NCBI GenBank assembly: GCA_963692675.1
Contig: OY830043.1
Location: 99,008-163,007, forward strand
Reading direction: 5' to 3'
From: Mycoplasmatales bacterium
GTDB taxonomy: Bacteria > Bacillota_I > Bacilli_A > Mycoplasmatales > G963692675
Length of the DNA: 64,000 bases
In this document: positions 1 through 12,836 of the stretch, piece by piece
Position numbering within the stretch: the stretch's first letter is position 1
Layout of the letters: each line of letters starts with the position of its first letter
Position numbers and translations under genes: made by a program
Notes under the pieces: model-generated
The model's input: only the letters and a program-made list of their open reading frames with translations
The model's database searches: none
Told to the model about the DNA's origin: nothing

Positions 1-822
1 CTCATATAAGGTTCATGCCATCAATGTTGCCCGAAAGGTTTCCATTGCGCTAGGACTTGCTCCTCTTTGAGTATGACCTAAAATACATGCCCTGGTGCTA
101 ATTCCTGTTTCTTTTTGAATTTGTTTAGCCAAATCATAGGCATTATAAATATATTCAGTTAAGACAACCACAATTCCCCGTTCACCATTTTCCTTGGCTT
201 TTTTAACAGCCAAAAGAATTGATGCAATTGGTAACTTATTTTCATGAGTAATAATCACATTAGCATGAGTTGCAATACCTGCATAAATAGCTAAATCAGA
301 ACATCTTCGGCCCATTAATTCAACAACTGTGCACATATCATGGCTCTTCATACTACATCTTAGTTGTTTTATCGCCTTAACAGCTACATTTAAAGCTGAA
401 TCAAACCCAATAGAATATTTAGTAGAAACAACATCATTATCAATTGTTCCAGGAAGGCATCCACAAATTATTGAACCATGTTTTGATAATCTTAATGCTC
501 CTTGATATGACCCATCACCACCAATGACAATAAGTTTGTTTATTTTACGTTTTTTTAAATTTTCAAGAGCCTTTGTGTAATTTTTAGGATTAGGGAAATC
601 TGGAAATCTTGCAGATCAAATAAATGACCCCCCATTATTTACATAATCCTGAGAATTAAATTTATTTGCTTCAATAATATCATCACGATACAAACCTATA
701 TAGCCACCTCTGACATAATATACTTCATACTTATCCTTTCTAGCTAATTTGGTAATAGTAATGATTGCAGCATTCATTCCCGCACTATCACCACCAGAAG
801 TTAAAATTGCAATTTTCTTCAT
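1..822 (-). CDS. pfkA: ATP-dependent 6-phosphofructokinase (C-terminus runs off the window start)
   Basis: Track ORFs 616-822 and 13-351 share one frame and are separated only by TGA (Trp, code 4). Has the MKKIAILTSGGDSAGMNAAI N-terminus plus IGGDGS and ELMGR motifs. Confidence 0.9.
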
Positions 823-869
823 AAATTTATTTTAATATGATTTAACTCCCTTTAAATTATTAAGATGAA

Positions 870-2378
870 TTACTTAATCAGAACATTGCCAGTCATTTCT
901 TTTGGTATCTGAATTCCAAGTAACTTTAGCATTGTTGGGGCAATGTCAGCTAACTTACCTATTTGTCTTGTGTATTGAACATTTTTATTTAAAACAAAAA
1001 ATGGTACTGGATTCATGGAATGCTTTGTAACTATATTGTTTTCTTCATCTAACATTTCATCAGCATTACCATGATCTGCAGTAATAATCATGGTACCTGA
1101 TAATTCTAAACACTTTTTATAAATCATGGAAACACATTTATCAACAGCCTCAACAGCCTTTATACAAGCTGGAATACTTCCTGTATGTCCTACCATGTCA
1201 CAATTTGCATAATTAAGAATAATAACATCAAATTTTGGCATTAACTCCAACAATGATTCAGTGATTTTAAATGCTGACATTTCAGGTTGTAAATCATATG
1301 TTGCTACTTTTGGAGAATGAATTAAAACTTTCTGCATATTTTTTAATTCTATATGCTCTCCTCCATCAAAAAAGAAAGTTACATGAGCATATTTCTCAGT
1401 TTCAGCAATTCTAAGCTGACTTAAATTTTCCTGTGCGATTATTTTACCAATTGTATTGGTTAACTTAACTAAGGGAAATACAATTTGATCAGGCATAACT
1501 GTTGGTCCATAATCCATCATGCTCACAAAAAATAAATTTTTGATAACTTTTTTTGGTTGGTTTACATAATTTTTGTTTGTAAAAGTTGCACTCAGTTGAA
1601 TTGCTCTATCTGGTCGAAAATTAACAAAAATCATTCCATCATCATCATTAATAGTTTTTGTTTCAACATTATATGCAGGAATGACAAATTCATCTGTAAT
1701 TCCATCTTGGTAATTATTTGTAATATATTGAATGGGGTCACTAAAGGATTTGCCTTCATGAAGAGTCATGGAATCATAAGCTAGGTTTGTTCTTTTTCAT
1801 CTTCTATCCCGATCCATTGCATAATATCTTCCCGAAATAAAGGCTATTTTAACCTTTGGATATTTTTTAATAATTTTTAAGAGATTTTGAATATAACTAG
1901 CAGCTGATTTTGGTGGAGTATCCCTTCCATCAAGAAATAAATGTAAATAAATTTCTTTTACATCAGCTTTACTTGCTATTCGAATAAGTTCGTGAAAATG
2001 CTGATCACTTGAATGCACTCCACCAATACTATACAGTCCTAATAAATGCAAAATACTATTGTTCTTTTTAACATGATCAAAAACTTTTTTAAAACTTTTT
2101 TTGAGTTCAAATTCTCCTTTTTTTATTGATTGATCAATCATTGTTAATGATTGATAAACAATTCTTCCTGCCCCAATATTCATGTGCCCAACTTCTGAAT
2201 TGCCCATTTGCCCTTTAGGAAGGCCTACTGCTTCTCCCCAAGTTACTAATTCAATTCCTTTATATGATGCAAAAATTTGATCCAGGTTAGGTTTTTTTGC
2301 TAATTTAATTGCATTTCCAGGATATTTTTTATTTAAGGCATATCCATCAAGAATACATAAAATAAGTGGTTTTTTCAT
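870..2378 (-). CDS. gpmI: 2,3-bisphosphoglycerate-independent phosphoglycerate mutase
   Basis: Fragments 1797-2387 and 870-1769 are in frame across a TGA. Motifs NSEVGHMNIGAGR and ITADHGNAD are present. ATG at 2378 (GGAGAA upstream) is preferred over the TTG at 2387; stop is TAA at 870. Confidence 0.9.
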
Positions 2379-2380
2379 AA

Positions 2381-3154
2381 CTAACAATTCTCCAATAATT
2401 TAATATAACTGGCAGCCTTGATTGATGCTCCACCTACTAAAACACCATCCACATTTTCTTTAGCACAAATAGTACCAATATTATCAGGTTTAACTGAACC
2501 ACCATATAAAATATGGGTTTTCTTTGCCATTTCATTTGTATATAAACTACTTAATAATTTTCTAATAACTAAAGCCATTTCTTCAGCATCCTTGGCAGAG
2601 GCAGTTTTTCCTGTTCCAATAGCTCAGATGGGTTCATATGCAATGTAAAGGTTTCTTAATTTAAGAATGGGTATTTTATTTAAAGCATGAGTTAATTGGT
2701 GAATTACAAAATCAACATGTTTTTTTTCATTTCTAATTTTTTCTGATTCACCACAACATAGGACCACACTTAAACCCCGATCTAAAGCTAGTGCTAGTTT
2801 TTTATGCACAGTTGCATTTGTTTCCTTAAATTTGGTTCGCCGTTCAGAATGACCAATAATCACAGTAGACACACCAATACTTAATAAAACATCAGGAGAA
2901 ATTTCCCCTGTATATGCTCCTTGTAAATTAGCTGCAACATTTTGAGCTAGAATTCACACATCAGTTGTTGAGTGTTCTAGGGCAGTAAATAAAAGTGGTG
3001 CTTGGGGAGCAAACCCCATTATCAGTCTTTTTTTATTCAATTTAGCTAAGTTATCATGATTTTTTAAATAAACTCGTAATTCATAACAAAATTCAATTGT
3101 TTCAGTTAAATCATTATTTAACTTTCAATTACCAAAGATTACTTTATTTCTCAT
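2381..3154 (-). CDS. tpiA: triosephosphate isomerase
   Basis: Fragments 2624-2872 and 2381-2578 extend upstream through TGA codons to an ATG at 3154. Motifs [21 protein letters not shown](TGA)-AIGTGK and LYGGSV are present. Confidence 0.9.
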
Positions 3155-4367
3155 TTGATTGCTCAGGTATTGGTTTAAACCCAATTAATTCTTTTCCTTC
3201 TAAAATAGTTAACAATGCACCCCCACCAGTAGAAACATGATTAAAATGATATTCATTTAAATCTAATTGATTAACTGCTGCCACTGAATCTCCACCACCA
3301 ATAACAACATAACCATCAGTTTTTCCTACTGCTTTAGCAATTGCCATTGTTCCAATAGCATATTTGGGAAACTCAAAAACACCCATAGGACCATTTCACA
3401 AAATAGTTTTTGCTTTAGCAATAACCTTAATAAATTGCTTAATACTATTTTTACCAATATCTAAACCCATCATTCCATCAGGAATTTCATCAACAAAATA
3501 GTGTTTATCACTGTCATTACTAAATTCATTAGTTCCGACATAATCAACAGGTAAAATGATTTTATTTGCATATTTATGAAGTAATTCATTAGCTAATTCT
3601 ACACGATCCTTTTCAAAAATAGAAGTTCCTATTTTTTTTCCTTGTGAGGAAATAAAAGTATAACTCATGCCCCCACCAATAAGTACCTGATCAGCTTTTT
3701 CTAAAAAAGTTGATAAAATACCAATTTTATCAGATACTTTTGCTCCTCCAAGAATAGCAAGAAAGGGCCTTTTTGGATTAATAAGAATTGGTTCTAAAGC
3801 TGTTAATTCTTTTTCAACTAGTCTTCCAACAACTGCTTCCTTACTGTATTTAGCAACTCCATAATTTGAAGCATGCTTTCTATGTCCTGTTCCAAAAGCA
3901 TCATTGACAAATACATCTGCTAAAGAAGCATAAAAACGTGCTAACTCATCATTACATTTGGATTCTCAATTTACTTGTGTATCATTTTGTACATCATAAT
4001 ATCTTGTGTTTTCTAGAAAAAGAATATCTGTTTGATTTATGTTACTTATTCTTGTTTTAACATGTTCAAAATCAGTAGCTGCTTCAAAAGAGACATTAAG
4101 ATTATCATCAGAAAGAATTTTTTTAAAAACATCATAGACTGGCCTTAAAGTAAGTTTTTCTTTATCAGCTTCTTTTTTTATTCGTCCCAAATGAGAAATA
4201 ATAACTAGTGTTTTAGCACTTTTAACAATTTCTTTAATTGTTGGAAGAACTTTTTTAATTCTATTAAAATCTGATATGGTTCCATCAGGATTAAAGGGAA
4301 CATTTAAATCAAATCTTGCTAAAACAACTTTATTAATTAAGCTAACATCATCTAAAGTTTTTTTCAA
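3144..4367 (-). CDS. pgk: phosphoglycerate kinase
   Basis: Three same-frame fragments (3966-4367, 3396-3668, 3144-3386) give 407 aa. Motifs RFDLNVP, ISHLGR and GGGDS are present. The apparent start is TTG, and the stop overlaps the tpiA start by 11 nt. Confidence 0.9.
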
Positions 4368-4380
4368 TATTTACTTCCCA

Positions 4381-5373
4381 TTATAATTGAGCAATATGTT
4401 TAACTAATCTTACAAATTGAGATACATATGACATTTCATTATCATATCAAGCCACTACCTTAACAAGAGTATGGTCTTGAGAGCTAATTACTCTGGTTAA
4501 TGATGGATCAAATAAAGAACCATAAGAGGTTCCAATAATGTCAGTAGAAACAATTGGTTTTGTTACATAAGCAAATGAATCATTTTTTTCTTCTTTCATT
4601 GCTTCATTGACATCTTTAACTGTTACATGTTGAACAACTTCAGCAGTTAAATCAACAATTGAACCAGTAACTACCGGTGCTCTAATTGCAAATCCATCTA
4701 GTTTACCAGCTAATTCTGGAATTACTAAACCAATTGCAGCTGCAGCTCCAGTGGTAGTTGGAATTAGATTAGCAAGGGAACTTCTACCCCTTCGTAGATC
4801 TTTATGTGGCAAATCAAGTATTTTTTGATCATTAGTTGCTGCATGTACAGTAGTCATTAAACCGTTCAAAATAGTGAAATGATCATGTAAAGCTTTGACT
4901 AATGGAGCTAAGCAATTAGTAGTACATGATGCAGCAGAAAGAATATTATCTGATGCAGTAACATTTTTATGATTAACATTATAAACTATTGTTTTAACAT
5001 CTGAACCTGCAGGTGCTGAAATCACTACCTTTTTTGCTCCTGCTTTTAGATGCTTTGATGCTAGTTCTTTAGTTCTAAAAAAACCAGTAGATTCTATTAC
5101 TAAATCAATACCTAATTCTCTTAATGGTAACTTCTCAGGATCTCGTTCTGATAATACCTGTAAATGCTTTCCATTTACAATAATGCTTTTTTCTGTATGA
5201 CTAATTTTATCTCGATGAAATGAACCCTGGGCACTATCAAACTCTAATAAATAAGCAAGAGTTGCTGGGGTTGTTAAATCATTTACTGCAACTACTTCAT
5301 TATTACTATCTGCACTTAATAAGCGATAAGCAAGTCTCCCTATTCTTCCAAATCCATTTATTAATATTCTCAT
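4381..5373 (-). CDS. gap: glyceraldehyde-3-phosphate dehydrogenase
   Basis: Track ORF 4447-5373 continues through a TGA to a TAA at 4381. Has INGFGRIGR and the active site SCTTNCLAP; AGGAGG Shine-Dalgarno upstream. Confidence 0.93.
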
Positions 5374-5430
5374 ATTTTATCCTCCTTAAATATTATACTC
5401 TTCTTAATTATACTCTATATACAACAAGTA

Positions 5431-6294
5431 TTAAGCCAAGGCAAAAACTTTAAAATCATTTAAAATTGATGACTTATTTGCTTCATCAATATTATTTCAG
5501 TTGGGATTAATTCTTTTTTGGAGTTCTTCTAAACTTAAATTTGAAATTAGTCCAGTATGCAAATTACTTTGTTTCCTTTGCTTAAGAAGTGGAAAAAAGA
5601 CAGCTTCTCGTTCTCATTCACTTGGTCTTGGAATTGCAAAATCATCTATGAATAAATGATGAACAGCTAGTAATGTGTTATAAATTTTTGAATTATTATT
5701 TGTTGTAGGATTAATTTGTGAAAAAGTTAAGCGCCATGTTGAAATTCAAATATTCCAATTAATAAAAGCAATAGTTTCTTGTTTTTTAGAATTTTTAATA
5801 TTTTTTAGAAACTGGGTTGCCAAAAAGGTTTTGCCTGTATTTGGTGGGCCAAGTAAAATAAAATTTTGGTATTTACTAGTTGCAATGCAATTTACTGCAT
5901 ATTGGAGAAAAGCCTTTCTTCTAAATGTTTTTTTTATTGAAAAATCTGATTTTTTTCATACATTCTGATCAATTCCCAAGAGAATTATTTCTTCATTTTC
6001 TTTTTTATTAATTATGTATTCATAAATATCTTCTAACTCAAGAGTATTGAATTCATTTGTTCGCACTAGTTTTTTTATTGGTTTTGTTTTGTTCTTTTGG
6101 TGTTCCTCATATGATAAAGCGGACGCAATAACAAGGGAACGATATTTTTTAATATCAGTTATTTGTAAATTTATTTCACTAATATTTTGTTTAAACAAGG
6201 GGTGCATATTAGCAGTTTTTTTTATTAAATTAATAACACTTTGTGTTAATTCATTTTCATTATAATTCAAATCAAAAATATCCAGTTTTTTCAT
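5431..6294 (-). CDS. dnaI: DnaI/DnaC-like helicase-loader ATPase
   Basis: ORF 5956-6294 extends through TGA codons to a TAA at 5431 (287 aa). Walker A LLGPPNTGKTFLA is present, and a DnaB/DnaD-like gene lies immediately upstream as in Firmicutes. Confidence 0.65.
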
Positions 6295-7470
6295 TTATTT
6301 CTTTCCTAAGAAAGAGTTAAATAAATCACTAACATTATCCCCAATTTCATCATTAGTTACATTCTTTTTTTTATTTATTTTTTTAATCTTTAATGTGGTT
6401 TTATAAGCAATTCGTAAATGTTGGGCTACCATCTTAGGAGTAAAAATAGAATTTTTATATAAAGTTTCTCCAATTTTAATAATGTAATTAGGAACAATTT
6501 TACGATTTTTAATTAATGAATAATGCAAAAGCATATTTATTATTTCTGAAGAAAATTTAAATTTAACTTGCAGTTTTTGTATTAAATCTATTTCCTCAGA
6601 TGATGCTGGCCGATCTTCATATTCCAAAATAAAATTAATTGGTGAAAATAAAGCTAAAACTGTTTTGGAAATATCAATATCAAAAAAATTTCGTTGAACA
6701 TTCTTTATTTTTTGTTCATAAATATCAGCAAAGGCCTTAGTAATATTTGAAACATTTATTTTTTCATATTGAGTTTGACAATATTTAATAATATTTGTAA
6801 CTTCCCCTGTATGAAATGAATATAGTTTAGATAAAAAAGAAATGTGTTCCCTAACTCTTTTTGTTAAATTAATTGGAATTTGAGTAGCCTCACTTAATCT
6901 TGCTTTGACTAAGTCAATATCAAATTCCATTGTTTTACTGATGGTATCTTGCTTTGCTCAACTTGGTTTTCGCCGCATTTCTGATTTAAAAAAAGAATCA
7001 AAACTATAACTTACATTCAAAGCATTTTCTGGAATTATACTTTCCTTTTTAAAAAGGGCTATTGTTCGTTCTCAATGTTTGAAAGGTAATTTTGATTTGG
7101 TTAACTCTTTTAAATAAGTATTTTTAAAAAAACTACCAAATGATAAAGGTGGTTTCACTTGAACTAAATAATATTCTTTTTCAATATCTAAATAAGTAGT
7201 TATTAATGAAACCCCTTCTAGTTTTTGAAATATTTTTTTTACTAAATCTTGCTTAGATACATCTATATAGCTAGCTAGTCTTGATAATGAAGATGAAACA
7301 TTTTCCTGGAGCAAGAAATTTGCTTCAGCATCCAATCATAAATATGAGTTAAAAGCCTTATTTCCAATGATGGGAAGATATAAATGAGTTAAGACAGAAT
7401 AATTAATACTGACATTTACTTTTTTTTCAATGAGAAGTTTATTTATATTTATTTCTGTATTTTTAGTCAT
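6295..7470 (-). CDS. replication initiation/membrane attachment protein (DnaB/DnaD-domain type)
   Basis: Fragments 7072-7335 and 6295-6930 are in frame, with an ATG at 7470 (391 aa). The C-terminal half resembles DnaD/DnaB_2 repeats. The stop abuts the dnaI ATG. Assignment rests mostly on context. Confidence 0.5.
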
Positions 7471-7522
7471 ATTGCATTTATTATATATGTGTTGAATTTT
7501 TTATATTCATTATTTGATTCAT

Positions 7523-10500
7523 TTAAAAAGATAAATATCATAAATATGTAATTAATGTTTTCATTAAATCAGCAAATCATTCATTTGTTGTTGTTGAAGT
7601 TTTAAATTGGAAAAATGCATGAGATAATGCTTTCATAAAGTCATCAGTGTTCACCAATGACATATAATCAGAACCAGCAGATTCAATAAATGCTTCCATG
7701 GTATAATCTACTTGATTAGAAGTAATTCCACATCATTCATTATCTGCTGGAGCAACTAATTCTTGAAATTCATTAGTTGAACATGTTGTAATTTTAATAG
7801 GATCATGAAATTGAATTTCTTTATAAAAAGGATGATTATTAGAAAATTGAAAACTATTTCTTTGGCCCCCAATAAATTGTTGATCTTTCATACTGCTAAT
7901 TATGTTTTTAACAAAACTTAAAGGGATTGAGCGAAAACCAAGTGTTAAAGTCATATTGCGCATTTCTGAAGAAATTTTATCACTCATAAATTGATATGCT
8001 TTTTGGACTTCCCTACTTAAGTCATTATTTCCTTGATACTTTACAGGTAAATAATCCATAATATTATTGCTATTATTACTTGTCCATGTTATCATGCTTT
8101 GAGGATCATACCCATTACTTTTACTTTTAATATAGTTATTTATGACATCCTGATACTTTCCATTTGGTTGATTAACTTCAAAAATTTTTCCTATTTCTCA
8201 TAAGCCAGTTTGTTTTTCAGATTTATAAATCCCAGTAGTTGGTTTATGAACATACTTTGAGTTAATTCAAACAGTTCTAGTTGGTTCACCAAAATAGGTG
8301 GCAACATCAGCAATATTTTGTAACATTTGAATAGCATTATTATCCATTGCATTTGCTTTAAATAAATTTTGATTCCCAGTTAAAATAGCAAGATTTAAAA
8401 ATTGAATAAAATTTTCATTTTTAGAACTTCTAAAAGTAGTTGTTAGAATTTTTTGTAAATCAATTGTTGAATAATTACTGAGAATATCTTTGATATCACT
8501 TAATCATTGATCAGAATCTTTAATTTTAAAATCAGTTATTTGTCCTGTTCTTCATCCTGCACGTACTTTTTTTTCTGAACCATTAGGATTTTGAATTTTA
8601 ATTGTTTTTAGGATTTCTGATTCTCTTATTTGATTTTTCTTTATTGTTTTTATTAATAATGTTCCTAAATCCGAATTATCATATTCATTAAACACTTCTT
8701 TCCTTAACGAATTATTGTAATATGATTCAAAATACAAATTATCAGTAAAAGCACTTTCTTGAAAAAAATGATCTGATGTCAGAGCGTGATAAAATAATTT
8801 ACCAAGAATATTTCCAATTGCTTGATAAGTATCTAACATTTCTTGATTTTGGCTAATTTCAGTATCATATTTTGATAATAAAAAACTAACAAAATGACTT
8901 TGAAATTGAAGTCCCTTAGAACCTAAAAAGCGATTCAACACAAAATTACTCGCCATGCTTTTTAATAACTCATAATTCATCACTGGCGGATTTTGATAAA
9001 TATCATATTCATCGGAGTTATAAAGTGATTTTCGAACAAGTAATAAATTTGTATTATAATTTAAATTTTTATTTGATTTAGCAGCGAAAAAAAAGTTATT
9101 TTTTATTCACCCAAATGGTTTTTTTAATGGTAATGTTGGTTGGACATTAAATAAATTTGCATTATTATTACTTACATGATGGCCAAATGAAAAAAACTCA
9201 TAATAAAACCGGTTGGCCTGATTTAGATTACCATCTTTAAATAATTGAAATCAGGCTTGTTCATAAGATCGCTTTTTATTTGGGATAAAATTAAGATCAT
9301 AGCCAGGTGTCCCTACTTCCTGCAAAATATTAAAATAAATATCTTTAAGATATTGATAAAGACCACTTTTGACTCCATAATCCAGATCTTTTTCATCTAA
9401 TAATAATCGATTAAAAGCAATTGCAGTTGTATTTAGTTTTCAAGGATTCATAACTGTATTGTTTTGCAATAATGATAAATGATAAAGAAAAATTTTATTA
9501 AAATCATCTTCTTTTTTAAAAGTCTCTAATGGTGATTCAATGAGATTTTCACGTTTAGTAATAGAATCATACAATTTTCCCCTTTCTCTATCTAAATGTG
9601 GTGGTGCAATCAATCTAATTGCAACAAGACTAGGCACATTTATGTTTACATCTATTAATTCACCATTTGATTGAGCAACTTTCTGAAAAGGTTGGTCATC
9701 ATCTGGTTTTATTAATAAATGGCCATAAAATTTAGCTTTAAATGATAAAGTTATATCAGTTAATTTATCCCTTAAATAGTAAGTAAGATGATTACCAGAT
9801 GAAATTCGGGAATATTTTCTTGTGTAAGGCTCCTCATCCCCTCAAAGAAAAACATATGGATATTGATTATTGAAATCAGAAAAAATTTTATTATGGACAC
9901 TATCATAAACAATGTGGGTTTTTGCTTTAGATTTTTGAAAAATGTCATTCATGGTTCAGTCAGTTGAATAAGTAGTAGTTGCATCTCTAATTTCATATGT
10001 TAATGCAGGATTAGAACTTCTTTCACAATGTGGATTAACAATCGCCACATCATAATAGCATCTTAAACCTTTAGTTAAGGAACTTGTTGCTACATAACCA
10101 AAAGAATTAGCAGTCCGAGAAACAGTGTAAATTTTAGTAAGATCAGCATCTTCTCATAAGTTATAAAAATAATTATTGTTTTCATTTATTGTTGTATAAT
10201 TTCAATCAATACCTTGATAAGTAGTATCAACTGCTTTTTTACTACCATCACTACTTATAATTAGATTTTTCTTGGCGTTGATTGTTGAATTTAAATCAGT
10301 TTGTAAATAATCCTGATATAATCTATTAAATTCACTTGAATATGCATTTACATTTTTCATTTCATCAATTTTGCTTGATAAATCACTTTGGATTTTTTCA
10401 GATTCCGAAAACTTAACCTTATTATTTATTTTTGGCAATGCAACTACAATACTTAAAAATATAGTAATTATTAAAATACCAATGACTAATGATAAAAAAG

Positions 10501-10558
10501 CATATGGATTAATTTTTCTTGTTAACTGCTTTATTTGTTTCAAAATCATGTTTATCAT
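7523..10558 (-). CDS. large membrane-anchored protein of unknown function (1011 aa)
   Basis: Four track fragments (10202-10558, 9440-9637, 8552-8983, 7733-8095) share one frame. I checked the 3' end codon by codon to the TAA at 7523. One N-terminal TM helix (FLSLVIGILIITIFLSIVVAL); no motif recognised. Confidence 0.6.
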
Positions 10559-10855
10559 TACTATACTTCTATCTTACTCATATTTTACTAAATTCAATAA
10601 ATTAAATATTAAATTGAAGATATTTCATTGAGATTAGCCAAAATTCTTAGAATAAGAAAGATAAAACTAACTTATCTCTTTTTCAAAATGGAATGAAATT
10701 ATAAATAAAATTATTTTTTATTATCTAAATTAGCAGAAAATAGTTCATTTACTTATGAAAAAATTTTTATAAACTTTATGGAATATGTTAAGTTATTCAA
10801 ACAATTAATAATCATGATTCTTGAGGCTAGTTTTAGATTGATAATTATTATTTTT

Positions 10856-11311
10856 TTAATTTCTTCTAAATTCTGATTCAGGCATGCTTTTTTTATAATA
10901 ATCATCTTTTTGATCATATCAATCATTTCTATGAGATCGTGAAGATTGTCTAAAAATTGGAGAAATTATTTCTTTTAAATGACTAGGCGTCCCAATATAA
11001 CCAGCTAATATTAATCACCCACCAATAGATCCTAAACAACTTGAAAGAATACCAATTGTCAAGATTAGTGCTCCATTTAATATTGTGCTTCCTTCTTCTG
11101 CATTTCTTAAATGAAAAATAGTAATTATAGATAAAAGCAAAATGAAACTGCCTATCCCAACACAAGATCAAACAATTGTACTTAGCAGTTTAGAATTGCC
11201 ATTATCAAAGTTATTAAATACTGCATTTATAATTAAGCTTACTATGATTATTATTGCTGCAAAAAAAATATTTATTGCTAAACCAACTTTTAGTAATTTA
11301 TGACTTCACAT
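10856..11311 (-). CDS. small multi-TM membrane protein (151 aa), paralog-family member
   Basis: Hand-translated frame from ATG 11311 to TAA 10856, with three TGA=Trp codons. Hydrophobic helices end in GSIGGWLILAGYIG. The track ORF 10983-11171 is a different, non-membrane-like frame of the same DNA. Confidence 0.5.
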
Positions 11312-11417
11312 TTTGTTTTCTCAATTTAACTAAAATAAATCAAACATTTTTGTTTATTTCTTATCTATCTAAAAAATCAGCATTTAGAAATAAACTTCTT
11401 AGTCTAATATTAGTAAA

Positions 11418-11990
11418 TTATGGAAATCTTCTATCTCTAGGGTGAGGACGACTTCTTGGTGGCCTTGGATTATCATCCCTATATTCTCTATGATCTCTTC
11501 TTGGTGGTTCCCTTCTGCCGGAATCATATGAATCATATTCATCATGAGCTCCACTATCATAATCATCTCTTCTTTCAGGTCTGGGATGAGAAGATCTTCG
11601 TGTTGGATCTTCTCACCGATCATGGCGATTATCATATAAATGATCTCTGTCTCTGTATGCATTTGGAGAAGTACTTGAAACATAGCCAATAAGAATTAAA
11701 ACCCCTCCAATAAAAGTAACAAAGAAAAGAGATATAATTCCTAATCCTAATATTAATCCTCTTTTTAATTCTTCTTGCTGTTGTTCTGCTTTTTTGACAT
11801 TTTTTAAAGCAACACTAGCTAAAGCTATATAAAAAATAGATAGAAGTAAAAATACTACTGATGCTGAAATAGGTAAAAGTATTCCTACAATGTTGTAAGT
11901 CACAATTAACATTGCCAAAAACAAGATTACAGCAAGCACTGCTGCAATTAAAACAAAAATTATTCCTATCTTCAAAACACGATATCCCAT
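11418..11990 (-). CDS. multi-TM membrane protein with ~70-aa Arg/Asp/Pro-rich C-terminal tail
   Basis: ORF 11613-11996 continues through a TGA to a TAA at 11418. ATG at 11990 follows a GAGGT Shine-Dalgarno. The last helix motif is GGVLILIGYV; the tail reads RRDDYDSGAHDEYDSYDSGRREPPRRDH... Confidence 0.6.
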
Positions 11991-12240
11991 ATACACCTCA
12001 ACAACTTAATTATAACAGAAAGATAACATAAAAAACACTTTAATTTATCTATTTATTATGATAAATAATTCCTTTTTCTTGTTTTTTAGTTAAATATTTC
12101 ATAATTGTAAATTACAAAAGAAAGCAACTACAATTCAGAAAATCAGTGATAATTCACATTATTTTCATTAATAATAATTTTTTAAAATTTAATTTTAATT
12201 TAAAAAATCACCAGTTAGAATAAGATTTAATTTTTATTTG

Positions 12241-12573
12241 TTATGAACCAGTTTTATATTTATGCAAGCCAATAAATATAATAATGCTTCCAAAAATAGT
12301 AATAAAAAAGAAAGAAAAAATTCCAAATATTAACATGAGCTTATCATTTAACTTTTCTTTGTTATACATAACTTTTCTAAGATGAAACAATACTTTATGA
12401 GCAACTATTATGAAGGAAATTGATCAAATTAATCCAATAATTGCAGGAATCATATAATTTACTTCTCAATTCTCAGAAATCATGCCAATTGCTATCAAAC
12501 ATCAACTTGCAAAACTAACTGCTAAAGTTAAAACTAGCAATACTCCTATTTTCATTACTTTTTGATAACTCAT
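12241..12573 (-). CDS. small multi-TM membrane protein (110 aa), paralog-family member
   Basis: ATG at 12573 follows a GAGGAG Shine-Dalgarno; TAA at 12241; TGA=Trp codons inside. The last helix reads GSIIIFIGL. Confidence 0.55.
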
Positions 12574-12836
12574 TTCAGTCTCCTCATTATTTATTATATT
12601 AAAGTTATTTATGATTACCTTATATTTATTTAATTTCAATAATAAAATTTTGATTATTTTTAAATAATAATTTTACATTTTTTATCTCATTATAAAACTA
12701 AAATTTATTATAAATGAATAAAAAATATATATGAAAATGAAATGTAATTCCAATTTTCTAAGATAAAATTTCTTAATTAATATGAGGGAAATTTTTATAT
12801 ATAATGATAATTAATAAAATATTTTAAAATTAATAC

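Noticed and set aside
10983-11171. 62-aa minus-strand track ORF (MILCWDRQFHF...)
   Set aside because: It is an off-frame reading of the same DNA as the 151-aa membrane protein (10856-11311). The latter has proper TM helices, the family motif and an exact ATG-to-TAA frame.
11399-11692. ORFs 11399-11689 (-) and 11456-11692 (+), rich in His/Met/Ile
   Set aside because: These are alternative frames of the compositionally biased DNA that encodes the Arg/Asp-rich tail of 11418-11990. Only the chosen frame is continuous with the upstream membrane domain through a TGA codon.
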